DNA of 64,000 nucleotides from Candidatus Obscuribacteraceae bacterium (GCA_044226015.1 JBGAHS010000001.1:992001-1056000); one strand, 5' to 3'. Counted from the stretch's first letter, positions 38,050-48,448 are shown. Notes: generated by a model not told the origin, from the letters alone. Numbers and translations: made by a program.

Positions 38050-39012
38050 CTAACCATAAAGAAGTTCCTGTGTTAAAACGAAAGACTTTCCCTTTGCCGC
38101 CGCTTGCAATTTCAGTCCAATCATTTGTTCCAGGTTAGCGCCACCATCCAAGACGAGAAAAATGTCTCGGAGATCGATGCCTAATAAATTTGAAATGGAA
38201 TTCTTGGCAAAAAATTCGCGTGTGTCTTCATCAAAAGATGGCAAGCAAATGATGATACAGAGCTCTTCTTGTGCGGACTCAAGAATTTCGCGAATTTTGT
38301 TTCGATCACAGTCTGCTTGCCACAGTGCATGCAGTGCGGCAGCTTCTTTTCCAAATTTGAATTTGCCAGTCACCTCCGTTTGTTGTAGGCGGAACGGTGC
38401 GATTTGTCTCAAGTCAGAGTTGGCAAAAAGCTTGTTGAGAAAAAGTTCGAGCGCATAGTTTCGTTCTGACTCAGCCATTAGCGTTAAGTCGATTAGCTCT
38501 TTTCGCATTCTAGAATGCAAATCTGCCATGGGAAGCTTTTGTAAGGCTTCGGTTGGTCTAGCCGCAGATTCTCCTCGAGGCAACGAGTTGAAGTAGTCTT
38601 GCGATTCTAGTTTTTCCACAGCCAGATTTAGTTTGCGCAGGCATGCTCGAATCTGCTCAAGTTCCATCTGAGAAAAGCTATGGCGCTGTGAGCGTAGCGA
38701 ACTGGAGTGCTCAACTATTTTTTCAATTAGCAAAGGGAATTTTTCGGGACACTCTTTCATTGTGCCTTCCAGCAATGATTTGATCGAGTGTTCCTTCATG
38801 TGTCCGCGCCAGTGCTTTTGAAGGTCTAGTTCTCTGGCAATGCCCTGAAAACTCGCGGGACTTATTGGATAACCTGGACCGGGACCAGGTAGGTAGTCCA
38901 GAAACAAGGTTGCCAGTTCATCCATCGCGCTCATTTCTTGCATGCTTTCTCCGTCTGGCTTAGTCGAATTGCTGCCATAATTTTCTTTCCCGTTTTTGCC
39001 GAAAAGTTTCAT
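38050..39012 (-). CDS. Hypothetical protein resembling a degenerate Mrr-like restriction endonuclease
   Basis: RNYALELFLNKLF..PFR...EVTGKF..LHALW..SF..IDLRDI resembles the recalled family pattern RGYxFExFL..FR..EQIDG.F..EAKW..GF..DGxDL. Start uncertain; the track start of 39111 lies inside a repeat. Confidence 0.55.
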   Translation of the reverse strand: MKLFGKNGKENYGSNSTKPDGESMQEMSAMDELATLFLDYLPGPGPGYPISPASFQGIARELDLQKHWRGHMKEHSIKSLLEGTMKECPEKFPLLIEKIVEHSSSLRSQRHSFSQMELEQIRACLRKLNLAVEKLESQDYFNSLPRGESAARPTEALQKLPMADLHSRMRKELIDLTLMAESERNYALELFLNKLFANSDLRQIAPFRLQQTEVTGKFKFGKEAAALHALWQADCDRNKIREILESAQEELCIIICLPSFDEDTREFFAKNSISNLLGIDLRDIFLVLDGGANLEQMIGLKLQAAAKGKSFVLTQELLYG

Positions 39013-39034
39013 TCGCTCTGTGCTGGAAGTGGTG

Positions 39035-39185
39035 CCGGATCCACACGCCGGGTCCTGAGCGAGCGCACCTGGTCCTGCCGGGTCCACCACGCCGGGTTCT
39101 GCCGGATCCATGCGCCGGATCCTGTCGGGTTCACACGCCAGGTCCTGATCGAGCCACGCGAAGGACCAAGAAGCCCGGTCCTGCC
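39035..39185. repeat. GC-rich degenerate 23-25 bp repeats
   Basis: CCGGATCCACACGCCGGGTCCTG, CCGGGTCCACCACGCCGGGTTCTG, CCGGATCCATGCGCCGGATCCTG, TCGGGTTCACACGCCAGGTCCTG, plus extra GGTCCTG half-units. Confidence 0.65.
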
Positions 39186-39430
39186 GTGGAGCCGACCCGT
39201 TGCTTCCACTCGTGCCTCACACCTGTTGCCTGGCTCCCCAGCGCACGTTCCACCGACGCAGCAAAGCATCCACATCAGCTCGACGCTCAGCGCCTCGGAT
39301 GCTACGTCGTAGCGACATCACGCTAGAGTCACAAGAATTCCACAAACCTAAATTACTATTCATTCATTCGGGTGGATTCGTTTTGTCGCATAGTCTGGCT
39401 GGTGGCTGTGATGCCGTGTAGGTCTCGCCG

Positions 39431-42400
39431 ATGCCACTTCCCGCAGAAAAAGATGACCACGAGCCGCGTGGTCAGAATGACTTTTTAAAACCTGATCCGC
39501 AAATCTTCCTTGCTGATTCCATGCCTAAGTGGAAAGCCCTGGAGATTCTTGATCAGAAGAATTCAGACAAGTCAACTGAAAGGAAGACTGTCACAAGAAC
39601 TGCTGCCGAGGCGCTTTCGGCTGAATATACCAATGAGCAGTTTGGACATTTGCGCCGCTCTCCTTTTCTTTCCAAAAACCGTTCAGCTGAAGGTCAGAAA
39701 GACGCTAAGGCTGAGTCTCCTAAAAAGCAGGCGGGTGACAATCCCGCCGTCGCCGTGAAGCCCGAGCAAGTTACAAAGCCGGCCGATCCTGAAAAGCCTG
39801 TGGGTCCTGATAAACGTGCCGAGGAGAAGCCATCTGCTATTGAAAAAATGCCCGTGAATGAAAAGCCTTCAGTAGCAGACAAGCCGGCTGAAGCGACTGC
39901 GTCCGAAAAAGTTGCTGACAAAAAGCCTAAAGACAAAGATGTTATTCGCGCAAGCTCAACTACTCCTGAGCCGGATTCCTCCGCGAAGAAATCTTTGCCC
40001 GAGCTCGTAATAGAAGACAAAGCTTCAAAATCTGCCGGCAACCTCGACTTCACATCGATGCTGCCGGTCATCAAGGACGCAGGAAGCAGGGCTGCTAGAG
40101 AACTTGGCAGTTGGGTCGATCAGCTTTCTGCAAAAGCAAATGAACTCAGTGAGTCGCTCAAGAAAATTCCGCAATCGATAACGGCTCCAGATGGTGGAGC
40201 GTGGAAGAGTTCTGACGGAAACTGGTCTTACGTTGACAAATCTGGCAAGACAGTTGAAAAATACGATGCGAAAGTCGACGGAGTCACTCGGCATGAGAAT
40301 GGTGGCACTACTGTAAATCTTGCTGATGGAAGAAGCATCAAGGAAAACTCCGATGGTTCGACATTTGAATACAATGCAAATCAGAAACTGAGTTCGATAA
40401 AGTATAAAGATGGCTCTACCCGCTCATTCGAATGGAGTGGCGATGACCTGGTTAAAATGACTTCCAAACTCGGCGAATGGACAAGAGTAAAAGACGACAA
40501 AGGTTCAGTTAAAGACCAATGGTTGCCGAAAGGAACGAGCACCCCCTGGTCAGGCGAAATCAATATTGACCAAAAGTCTGGTGAGCTTAAAATCGCTGGA
40601 AATACATATCGATCCGATTCCTCCATTGAGAAAACAAATGCTGATGGGACTCGGGAGATCAAATATGCAAACTCAGACACTGTCAAATTTGACAAGGAAG
40701 GACGCTTAAGCGAAATCCAGACGCAAGACGCGAAGAGAATTTTCTCATGGACCACGAACCCTTCAGCGACAGGCGAAAATGACAAGCAAGCTCTCTCCGC
40801 AATTCAGGTAATTAAAGACGGCAAAAACTATTTCCACACAAGGCAGAGTGATGGAAGTTGGAATGTCCAGACCTATGAAAATAACGCGTGGTCAGCATCT
40901 CAGTCAGAGAAAATTTCCTTTGCGGCAAATAATAAGACTGGTGAATATTCCTATGAAGAAGATGGAGCCAAGCACGTTCTTTCCCCCGGAAAGGGCGAAA
41001 AGGAAACCAAGCCTGACGGAACTGTACTTGAATATCAGGGCTCTCAGATTGTAAAAGCAACACAAGGTACGAATGTTCGTGAATTTGAATGGAAAGACAA
41101 GCAAATCGTTTCAGTCAAAGACTCAGCCAAGAACACAAGCTGGAGTTCTATCGACGGGAAATGGCAGTCGGACAAGGGAGATAAACTTCCCGGCAAGGCA
41201 TCCATTGATGACAATGGCAGTCTCATCGTTAAAGATGGAAACAAGAGTTCTGTTATCAAATTGGATGGAACTCAATATCAGCGAATTGAAAACGCGGCCG
41301 AAAAATCAACTGTAGACATCTCGAAGGACAAGGTTCAAGTCAAAGCCGGAGATGGTTCTACTCGCGAGTTCAAGCTCGACGAAAAAGGCGAAGTGGTGCA
41401 AGAAACCGTCCTCCGTAATTCGACAAGAGAGTCGTGGACCCGCGGAGAAAAGAAAACTGACGGAAGCTATGTTTGGACCAACGACCAGGATGCGGCTAAA
41501 ACCGAAATTCGCAGTTCTGTGACACAAAACGATGGGCAGTTGAAGATTTCATATCCAGATGGAAAGCAATATCAGGCGGACACCAATGGTGAAGAAGCTC
41601 TCGAAAACAAAAAGCAAGATTGGTCGATTAAGTGCAAGAATGGGCAACCTTCTGAATCGAAGTTTCCCGATGGAACTGTTCGAAAATATACTTTTGACAA
41701 ACCTGGTGAATCGCCAAAAACGGTCGAAGTCACAAACAAAGATGGTTCAGTAGTTAACATCTCTCGTGAGTCAGAGGGCGTTTACAACTACAAAACAAAG
41801 ACATCAGAGATGAAGTGGAATGTCAATTTCACAGTCAGCCGAGATGGAACATACAAATTCGTTGACAAAGACGAAAAGAACAAAGTGACCACGCGCACAA
41901 TTGATGGAAGCAAAACTGTTGAAGATCCAGCAAATAAATCTGTAGTTGAAAGCTACCGAGACTCGGTGCGCAGAGTGGTCAAAGACGGGAAATCCGTAGA
42001 GTTGGTGAAGGATGAGAAGAACCAGCTGAACGAATTGCGTGATAGTGCGAACAATGCTTCTTACAAGAGAAATCAAAGTGGAGAATGGGTCGCTTCTGCT
42101 ATCGATTCCAGCAAACCATTCAAGGATGATGGACTTGCACGTAAGGGTGAAATTTCGATTTCTGAAAAAGGCGCAGTCAGCTTTTCTGATTCTGATGGAC
42201 GCCTCGTTCGACAGGAACTTGGCGAAAAAGGAAAATTGATTAGCAGCAAAGAAAGCACTGTCGAAGCAACTCATCAAAACACAGCGATGAGTGATGCCGA
42301 CAAGGCAGCGCTCGAACAAACAATTCTCAACTACGCTAAAGACGCCAGTGTTTCAAGCATCGCAAAATCTGTGTTCCAGGAAAGCTTAAGCAATTTTGCT

Positions 42401-43387
42401 AAGAGAACAGACATATCAGAAAAGGAGAAGGCTGCAACCTACAAAGAAATTTCTCGTTTGCTCGACAGCAAGAACGAGGTTATTTTCTCTGCCGCAGACA
42501 AATCGTTGCTTGCTGCTCAGCTATCGTGGCACATCGGAAACTGTGTGAAGAATGCTCAGGGTGAAAATCCGACATGCCAGGTAACATCTCTTCGTGGACA
42601 ACTTCTATATGAGAGCCCATCAAATTTTGCAAGGATGATGACCGATGTTTTGACCACGGGTCAATTCAAAACAAATGATGGTTCTATCATCAAACCTCCG
42701 GCTAATTCTATGAAGCGTACTGAGGGTAGCGAAGAATCACGTTTTCCTCCAGAAGATGGTGTGCGCACCTGGCTTGGAAAAATTTCAGACATCACAGTAG
42801 CTAACATTCACTGGCAACGACAGACTGTTGCTCCTAGTGGTGAAGTCGTGCCCAAGGGCCAGCTAGTATACAGACAAGAGCCACCAACAGGGCGCAAAGA
42901 TGGCGGTCACCGCTTGTATAAAGAACCAAATAATGGCTACATTTATCCTCAAAATAATTCTGATGGCAAGCTCATTGAACAGCCAACAATGTACGCTAAA
43001 GACATTGCTGCCACCTACAATCAAATCGTTCCGTCGAACAAGAGCAACCCAGTAGTTGTGGTTGAGAGAGCCGACATCAAGGGCGGCGCTGGTGTCAGTT
43101 CGGTACAAACAGAAGACCAACTTCATGAGCTTTTGAGCAAAGAGCCAGGCACTCACATTACACAAATCTGGACCGGCGCTGATTGGTGCTGGAGGGAGCC
43201 CGCTCGCAAGTATAACTTCAAGCCCAAAGACGAGTCCGATGGCGAACATGCATTGATAATCAAAGATTACGATCCTAAAACGAAGACTGTGGCCGTGGAC
43301 AATTCCTGGTCTTCACTTTATGACAGAGTGGACGGATCTCGACGAATAAGCCTGCATGAGCTATATCTTGCAATGGCAAAGAAATAA
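39431..43387 (+). CDS. 1318-aa protein: disordered N-terminus, DG-turn beta-hairpin (YD/RHS-like) repeats, C-terminal papain-like peptidase domain
   Basis: Recurrent YKDGSTRSFEW, FPDGTVRKYTFD and PDGTVLEY units; C-terminal AQGENPTC, GEHALIIKDYD, VDNSW. Confidence 0.7.
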   Translation: MPLPAEKDDHEPRGQNDFLKPDPQIFLADSMPKWKALEILDQKNSDKSTERKTVTRTAAEALSAEYTNEQFGHLRRSPFLSKNRSAEGQKDAKAESPKKQAGDNPAVAVKPEQVTKPADPEKPVGPDKRAEEKPSAIEKMPVNEKPSVADKPAEATASEKVADKKPKDKDVIRASSTTPEPDSSAKKSLPELVIEDKASKSAGNLDFTSMLPVIKDAGSRAARELGSWVDQLSAKANELSESLKKIPQSITAPDGGAWKSSDGNWSYVDKSGKTVEKYDAKVDGVTRHENGGTTVNLADGRSIKENSDGSTFEYNANQKLSSIKYKDGSTRSFEWSGDDLVKMTSKLGEWTRVKDDKGSVKDQWLPKGTSTPWSGEINIDQKSGELKIAGNTYRSDSSIEKTNADGTREIKYANSDTVKFDKEGRLSEIQTQDAKRIFSWTTNPSATGENDKQALSAIQVIKDGKNYFHTRQSDGSWNVQTYENNAWSASQSEKISFAANNKTGEYSYEEDGAKHVLSPGKGEKETKPDGTVLEYQGSQIVKATQGTNVREFEWKDKQIVSVKDSAKNTSWSSIDGKWQSDKGDKLPGKASIDDNGSLIVKDGNKSSVIKLDGTQYQRIENAAEKSTVDISKDKVQVKAGDGSTREFKLDEKGEVVQETVLRNSTRESWTRGEKKTDGSYVWTNDQDAAKTEIRSSVTQNDGQLKISYPDGKQYQADTNGEEALENKKQDWSIKCKNGQPSESKFPDGTVRKYTFDKPGESPKTVEVTNKDGSVVNISRESEGVYNYKTKTSEMKWNVNFTVSRDGTYKFVDKDEKNKVTTRTIDGSKTVEDPANKSVVESYRDSVRRVVKDGKSVELVKDEKNQLNELRDSANNASYKRNQSGEWVASAIDSSKPFKDDGLARKGEISISEKGAVSFSDSDGRLVRQELGEKGKLISSKESTVEATHQNTAMSDADKAALEQTILNYAKDASVSSIAKSVFQESLSNFAKRTDISEKEKAATYKEISRLLDSKNEVIFSAADKSLLAAQLSWHIGNCVKNAQGENPTCQVTSLRGQLLYESPSNFARMMTDVLTTGQFKTNDGSIIKPPANSMKRTEGSEESRFPPEDGVRTWLGKISDITVANIHWQRQTVAPSGEVVPKGQLVYRQEPPTGRKDGGHRLYKEPNNGYIYPQNNSDGKLIEQPTMYAKDIAATYNQIVPSNKSNPVVVVERADIKGGAGVSSVQTEDQLHELLSKEPGTHITQIWTGADWCWREPARKYNFKPKDESDGEHALIIKDYDPKTKTVAVDNSWSSLYDRVDGSRRISLHELYLAMAKK

Positions 43388-43402
43388 GCGAGGACAATCG
43401 AA

Positions 43403-43921
43403 TTGATAATCAAAAACGTTGGGGCAATCTCGGAGCTTCGACTGCCAGCTCACTGGAAAGAATTAGGAGTTGTGCCCCAGTCTGAAGGCGAGTACGAGCT
43501 GCCGGCGGTTTCACGTGATTTCTCGCCTGGGGACCCCAAGGTTACTCTGTCGTTGTTCTACAGAGGAACTCCAATTTCTGAGAATTCAGCAGGTGCTTTG
43601 AAAACTATTGTTTCACAGCCAGACCATGAGTTGAGTAAAGCCGAATGGAACTCCATACATCAGGTCTTGAGCAAAATGGCGGACGAAGAAGCGTTTCAAA
43701 AACGTAAATGCTTTACACTTAACATTAAAGGACGTCGGGTCTTAGTCATTGACGGGGAATGGAGTAAAAGTCAGAATCAATTCTATGGGCTGATGTTGGG
43801 TATCGATGGGTCGGGGCGAGTAATACAAGAAGTTTTCCTGGAAGGTTCGGAAGGTTCTTTTAGCACCTATCTGGAAGAAGTGACTTCAGCAATGCGCTCG
43901 ATTGAATGGAAGGGGCAGTAG
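43403..43921 (+). CDS. Hypothetical protein, possible PsbP/Mog1/DcrB(DUF1795)-like fold
   Basis: GAGG RBS and TTG start; LRLPAHWKE start, GRRVLVIDGEW and a terminal FSTYLEEVTSAMRSIEW helix. The fold call is tentative. Confidence 0.6.
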   Translation: MIIKNVGAISELRLPAHWKELGVVPQSEGEYELPAVSRDFSPGDPKVTLSLFYRGTPISENSAGALKTIVSQPDHELSKAEWNSIHQVLSKMADEEAFQKRKCFTLNIKGRRVLVIDGEWSKSQNQFYGLMLGIDGSGRVIQEVFLEGSEGSFSTYLEEVTSAMRSIEWKGQ

Positions 43922-45020
43922 CGTGCGTTCTAAATACAAAGTCTCTTTATTGCTGAGTTCAGTTTCAATACTTGTTTCTCAGATGCCGGTTTTTGCTTAC
44001 ATCGACTGGAACTGGCCGATGAATCAGATTCCCAGTAACCCTAAGGAAATTGAACGAGCCATGACCGCCTACAACAGTGGCGAGATCGATACAGCGATTT
44101 CTGCATTGACTAACGTGAAAGGAATGTCGCCTGAAGATTGTCGTGTACGACACATTTTAGCCGAGTTGTATCGCGAGCAAAAGCGCTTTACCGAGGCTCG
44201 CAATGAGTACCAGGAACTCATTAACTTCGAAACGAAATATATGTCGAACAACTCCTCCAAGCCCGGCTGGATGGACCCAACGCAGCTGAAAATGGAGATC
44301 GCAGACTCATACTTTGAGCAAGGAAGCATCTCGGAAGCACAGCAAATGTACAGAGACCTGGCACAACAAAGACCCACTTGGCTCGAACCTCGCAAAATGC
44401 TTGGTCGTTGCTTAGAAATGCAGGGTGATTATGAAGGTGCCCGGCAGCATTACAAAACACTGCTAGACTCAGGAGCTGCCGCCAGTGCGGGTGACAAGAA
44501 TTATTTGATGTCCATGGTCACAAACTTGGATAAAGCGATTGAGGCTAAGAGTCAGTCGGCGCAGGGTCAACAGGTAGCCACTCAACCTGGTGGTCCTGCC
44601 GGAGTGCCAGCTAATGGTATGCCGGCCAATATGCATCAACCGATGGGCAACAACTCGTTTGGTAGTCGCAGTTTCTCTGCAGCTCCTGGGCATGCTATGC
44701 CTTCCTCTCCCTACGGTACGCCTGGTGGCATCGGCAGTGCCTCGCCATCTCACACTGTTGTTGCAACAGGACCTCTGGCTGAAGCAACTGCAGACATAAC
44801 TGGAAAGAAGTACGATGCTGCTATAGCTAAGCTGAAACCAATAGTTCAAAAATCTGCGGGTAACGCGCAGGCACATTACCTCATGGCTATAGCTTCGGTG
44901 GGAAAAGGCGATTATAAAACGGCTAAAGAAGAGTATGAGTTGACGCTCAAGTACGCTCAAGATTTGAAGTTGCAGAAGCTTGCTTCAAGTGGGTTGCTGA
45001 AAATTCAGAACAAGAATTGA
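43902..45020 (+). CDS. Secreted TPR protein with a Gly/Pro-rich linker
   Basis: Signal peptide-like ...MPVFA; TPRs (LAELYREQKRFTEA, LGRCLEMQGDYEGA, AHYLMAIA). The true start is probably GTG near 43923. Confidence 0.75.
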   Translation: MNGRGSSVRSKYKVSLLLSSVSILVSQMPVFAYIDWNWPMNQIPSNPKEIERAMTAYNSGEIDTAISALTNVKGMSPEDCRVRHILAELYREQKRFTEARNEYQELINFETKYMSNNSSKPGWMDPTQLKMEIADSYFEQGSISEAQQMYRDLAQQRPTWLEPRKMLGRCLEMQGDYEGARQHYKTLLDSGAAASAGDKNYLMSMVTNLDKAIEAKSQSAQGQQVATQPGGPAGVPANGMPANMHQPMGNNSFGSRSFSAAPGHAMPSSPYGTPGGIGSASPSHTVVATGPLAEATADITGKKYDAAIAKLKPIVQKSAGNAQAHYLMAIASVGKGDYKTAKEEYELTLKYAQDLKLQKLASSGLLKIQNKN

Positions 45021-45048
45021 GTGCCACTGTCCATGGTGTGCATTGTGC

Positions 45049-45987
45049 TTAGCTCCAGTGTTGAAAGATGCGTTCTCTCGTTATAGCTTCTTCCGAACCA
45101 TCTGTGTGAAGCATTTTTACTCCGCTTCCTTCAAGCACAGTACCTATATATACGAATCCGCTATCTTCGCAGTCTGCAACGGCGGAGGGTGGAACGCAAG
45201 CCACCAACTCATAGTCTTCGCCCCCATATAATGCAAGTCCCAAGGGGATTTTTCCGGAAAGTTCAGCGGCTGAGACTGTTTCCTGGTGCACTGGAATTTT
45301 GCTAGCGTCAATCTTAATTGCAACTCCGCTCAGTTCTGAGATTTGAAGCAATGCATCGGCCAAACCATCGCTGGCATCCATCAATGCTGCTTCGCCTGCG
45401 CATGCGTTATACAGTGCCTTAGCTTCAAACAAGCGAGGTTTAGGACGCAAATGTTTCATCATCATATGTGACGCAGACGAATCGGCCACCTGTTCCAAAA
45501 GAATAAGTTGCAGTCCCATAGCGCTTGCGCCAAAGTCACCACTTACCATTACCTTATAGCCGGCTTTAGCTGCAGAACGAAGCATTGGCTTTTGCGGGCT
45601 TTTAGCAAAAACGGTAATAGAGATTACAAGCGCGTCGCTGCCAGTCAGGTCACCCCCTACGATACGGCAGTTGTAGGTTCGAGCGCAATCGATAATGCCT
45701 CTGTACAAAAGCTCGAACTCTTCATCGCTCATGCTCGTGGGAAAAGCAATGTTTACCACCGCGAACTCACTTTGGGCACCCATGGCTGCGATGTCTGAGA
45801 GATTCACCGCTAACGCTTTCCAACCGAGGTCGTTCAGATTCATTTGCGGCAAGAGAAAATGCTTTCCCTGAACCAGCATGTCAGAGCTGACAAGCATTCC
45901 AGATGGAAGCACGGCACAATCATCGCCTATTAACTCTTCTCCCGTAAGGGATTTGATGAGCTTGATAAGTTTGTCTTCTCTACCCAA
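45049..45987 (-). CDS. thiL: Thiamine-monophosphate kinase
   Basis: IGDDCAV, GWKALAVNLSDIAAMG, GGD, MDASDGL, GGEDYEL. Confidence 0.95.
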   Translation of the reverse strand: MGREDKLIKLIKSLTGEELIGDDCAVLPSGMLVSSDMLVQGKHFLLPQMNLNDLGWKALAVNLSDIAAMGAQSEFAVVNIAFPTSMSDEEFELLYRGIIDCARTYNCRIVGGDLTGSDALVISITVFAKSPQKPMLRSAAKAGYKVMVSGDFGASAMGLQLILLEQVADSSASHMMMKHLRPKPRLFEAKALYNACAGEAALMDASDGLADALLQISELSGVAIKIDASKIPVHQETVSAAELSGKIPLGLALYGGEDYELVACVPPSAVADCEDSGFVYIGTVLEGSGVKMLHTDGSEEAITRERIFQHWS

Positions 45988-46082
45988 GCTTTTTTGATCT
46001 CGCCATCAGTATTTTTACCGTCGACACTCGAATCGATAATGTTACAATCTTGGAATATAGGAAGTCGAGAGGCGATTGTAAT

Positions 46083-46334
46083 ATGGGACAACCGGGAGCC
46101 ATTCTATCCACCGTAATTGAGGGATACACGTTTGTCATCATTCTCTGGTGCCTTCTAAGCTGGTTTCCAAACATCAGATGGTATGACCAACCTTTCAAGA
46201 CTCTAAACATGCTTGTCGATCCAGTGCTGTCGCCTTTCCGCAAGCTTATTCCGCCACTTGGCGGCATTGATATATCCCCCATGGTAGCTATTCTCATACT
46301 ACAATTCATAGCGAAACAGGTTGGGAATTTTTAG
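46083..46334 (+). CDS. yggT: YggT/YlmG family membrane protein
   Basis: LLSWFPNI.W, DPVLSPFRKLIPPLGGIDISP. Confidence 0.9.
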   Translation: MGQPGAILSTVIEGYTFVIILWCLLSWFPNIRWYDQPFKTLNMLVDPVLSPFRKLIPPLGGIDISPMVAILILQFIAKQVGNF

Positions 46335-46337
46335 TTT

Positions 46338-48314
46338 GTGATTTCAAGACGAGCTCTTCTCGCAACTTGGCTGGGTGCATATGCCTTAGCTCAAGTCCCG
46401 TCGTTTGCTCTGGGTCGAAAGCCTAAGGTTCAAGCAGCCCCTGTGCTTGGCGGACCGAGAACGCTTGCCCGGCAAGAATGGCCACCGGCAATAACCCCTG
46501 AATATGTTGGAATCGTGGACAAGGGTTACGCTTGCTTTGCCGATGACATGGGAAGGCTGGCTATAGTCGATTTGAAGAGGGAAGACAACCCACAAGTCAT
46601 GGGTGAACTCTTTGGCATAGGCCGGAAGGTTGTTGCCCTTGCGATAACTCAGCATCGGGCGATTGCCGTTGTTCAAGTTGACTCGGGCACAGATGTGCAA
46701 TTCCAAATGGTCATTGCCAGCCTGACCCCGGCTAACGACATATCGATAATGTCGAAGACTGTTCTTTCTAACTTCTCTGAGCCTTGCTCAGTTGCTTCGT
46801 TCGGCGATGTTATCGCTGTTGGTGGAACTGGTTTGAACAACGAAAACCAGCTAGTGTTCTACTCCATAGGAAAGAAGAAAGCCGTTGAGCCGGTGCAGAT
46901 ATCCGCCTTGACGCTTGAACACAATCCGTTCAAGCTCGATTTTCAAGACAGGCAGCTACTCGCTTTGTGTGGTGCCGATAGCACCGAGCTGCTTGCTGTG
47001 AATCTAGCGAACCCGCGAGCCCCTGAGCTAATTGGTAGCGTTCGTCTCGACGGAAGCTTCCAGTGTGTGGCGCGCAACCGAGATCAGATTTTGGTGGCTG
47101 GCTATGGCTTCGATCGCAAATGCCAGGTCAAGCTTATTACCATGAAACCTAGTATGTCCGTGGCAACGACGGTGGCTCTATCTGCGGTGACTGAAATTCT
47201 TGATCTTGCCGCACAGAGAACGCAGTTTCTACTGCTGGTAAATCAAACCGAGCGTCAAGCCGTTGTACCTGTTATTGTTGGGCGCAAGAATGCACTCTCT
47301 GCAGGGGCGACTGTGCCACTACCTGTAGGGGCACGTGGCTCTTCGCCTCGAGCGCATATCGCTGTTAAAGAAAAGGACGCTTATATTGCAACTGATTGGG
47401 GCGGCGTGCAAGTTCTGAACATCGCTAAAACCGGTTGGCAGCTCAGTTACGCTAATACGATTCCACGCCTTCCAGCCTCTGCTCTGGTTCTCAGCGGCAC
47501 AAACGCCGTTATCGCATGTGCAGAATTGAAGCTTTACGATCTCAAAGACCCGCACCATCCAGAGCTGAAGAGCTCGACTGATATTTCCAGTACTGTCAGA
47601 TCAATGCTCTCCCTTGGCAGAACCTTTCTTTGTTTGACAAAGGATTCTCTGACCATAAGGTCAGCAGATAAGCCATCGGAGATTATCGCAACTGCCAAAA
47701 GTAGTGGGAATTCGCTGGCATACGATGAATCGAAAAATACTGCGTACGTGCTCAAGCCGAATGATAAAGGCTGCCAGCTCAATGTTTTCAAAGCAACGGA
47801 AGACAGCCTGAAGTTCCTCGTGAGCCGAGACATTCCATCGCCTGGGCGAAAAGCCATTGCGCAGCAAGGCATGATTTTGCTTGCCGGGCTAAACGAGCTA
47901 AACCTGTACAAGACTGATGACACTGGCACAGCGCTGCTTGCCTCACGCAAGTTGCCCAATTTCGCTATTCGTGATTTTGTTATGGTTGGAAATACCATAT
48001 ACGTTTCATGTGTTGACGAAAACTTGAAAGGTTCGTTGCTGGCGCTGTCTGCCGACAAAGAGGACCTTGCGATTGCTGGCGCCTGCGAGCTACCTGTCGA
48101 TGCCAGCGCTTTGGCAGTGTCTGCGGGCAAGGCTGTGGTTTTGGGCAGAGCGAAGAACGGAAAAGATTCAGTTGCTCTGGTCTCAGTGGCGAATGCTGCT
48201 CAAATGCGTGTGCTTGAGTCGTTTGCGACAATCGAGGCAGCTTCTGCTGTTGTAATACAAAACAGCACAGCTATTGTTGCCGGTAGGGGATTGGAGCTTC
48301 TGAATATCTCCTGA
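46338..48314 (+). CDS. Tat-exported beta-propeller (LVIVD-like repeat) protein
   Basis: SRRALL twin-arginine leader ending SFA; repeats such as LAIVDLKREDNPQ, AVNLANPRAPEL, LYDLKDPHHPEL, AYIATDWGGVQVLNI. Confidence 0.7.
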   Translation: MISRRALLATWLGAYALAQVPSFALGRKPKVQAAPVLGGPRTLARQEWPPAITPEYVGIVDKGYACFADDMGRLAIVDLKREDNPQVMGELFGIGRKVVALAITQHRAIAVVQVDSGTDVQFQMVIASLTPANDISIMSKTVLSNFSEPCSVASFGDVIAVGGTGLNNENQLVFYSIGKKKAVEPVQISALTLEHNPFKLDFQDRQLLALCGADSTELLAVNLANPRAPELIGSVRLDGSFQCVARNRDQILVAGYGFDRKCQVKLITMKPSMSVATTVALSAVTEILDLAAQRTQFLLLVNQTERQAVVPVIVGRKNALSAGATVPLPVGARGSSPRAHIAVKEKDAYIATDWGGVQVLNIAKTGWQLSYANTIPRLPASALVLSGTNAVIACAELKLYDLKDPHHPELKSSTDISSTVRSMLSLGRTFLCLTKDSLTIRSADKPSEIIATAKSSGNSLAYDESKNTAYVLKPNDKGCQLNVFKATEDSLKFLVSRDIPSPGRKAIAQQGMILLAGLNELNLYKTDDTGTALLASRKLPNFAIRDFVMVGNTIYVSCVDENLKGSLLALSADKEDLAIAGACELPVDASALAVSAGKAVVLGRAKNGKDSVALVSVANAAQMRVLESFATIEAASAVVIQNSTAIVAGRGLELLNIS

Positions 48315-48448
48315 CTTCTGAATTAATCTTGTGGAGTCCTGACTGAGGTCACCTTTTTTACTTTACGGGCTCTCTTCCTAAGCAATGTTTTTCCAAATCG
48401 GGTAGAAAGGAAGATAGATCCTTCTGCATTTACCATACTGGAGATGAA

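Noticed and set aside
39035..39185. CRISPR array or N-terminus of the 38050 ORF
   Set aside because: Units are degenerate and mostly abutting, and unit lengths do not preserve one frame.
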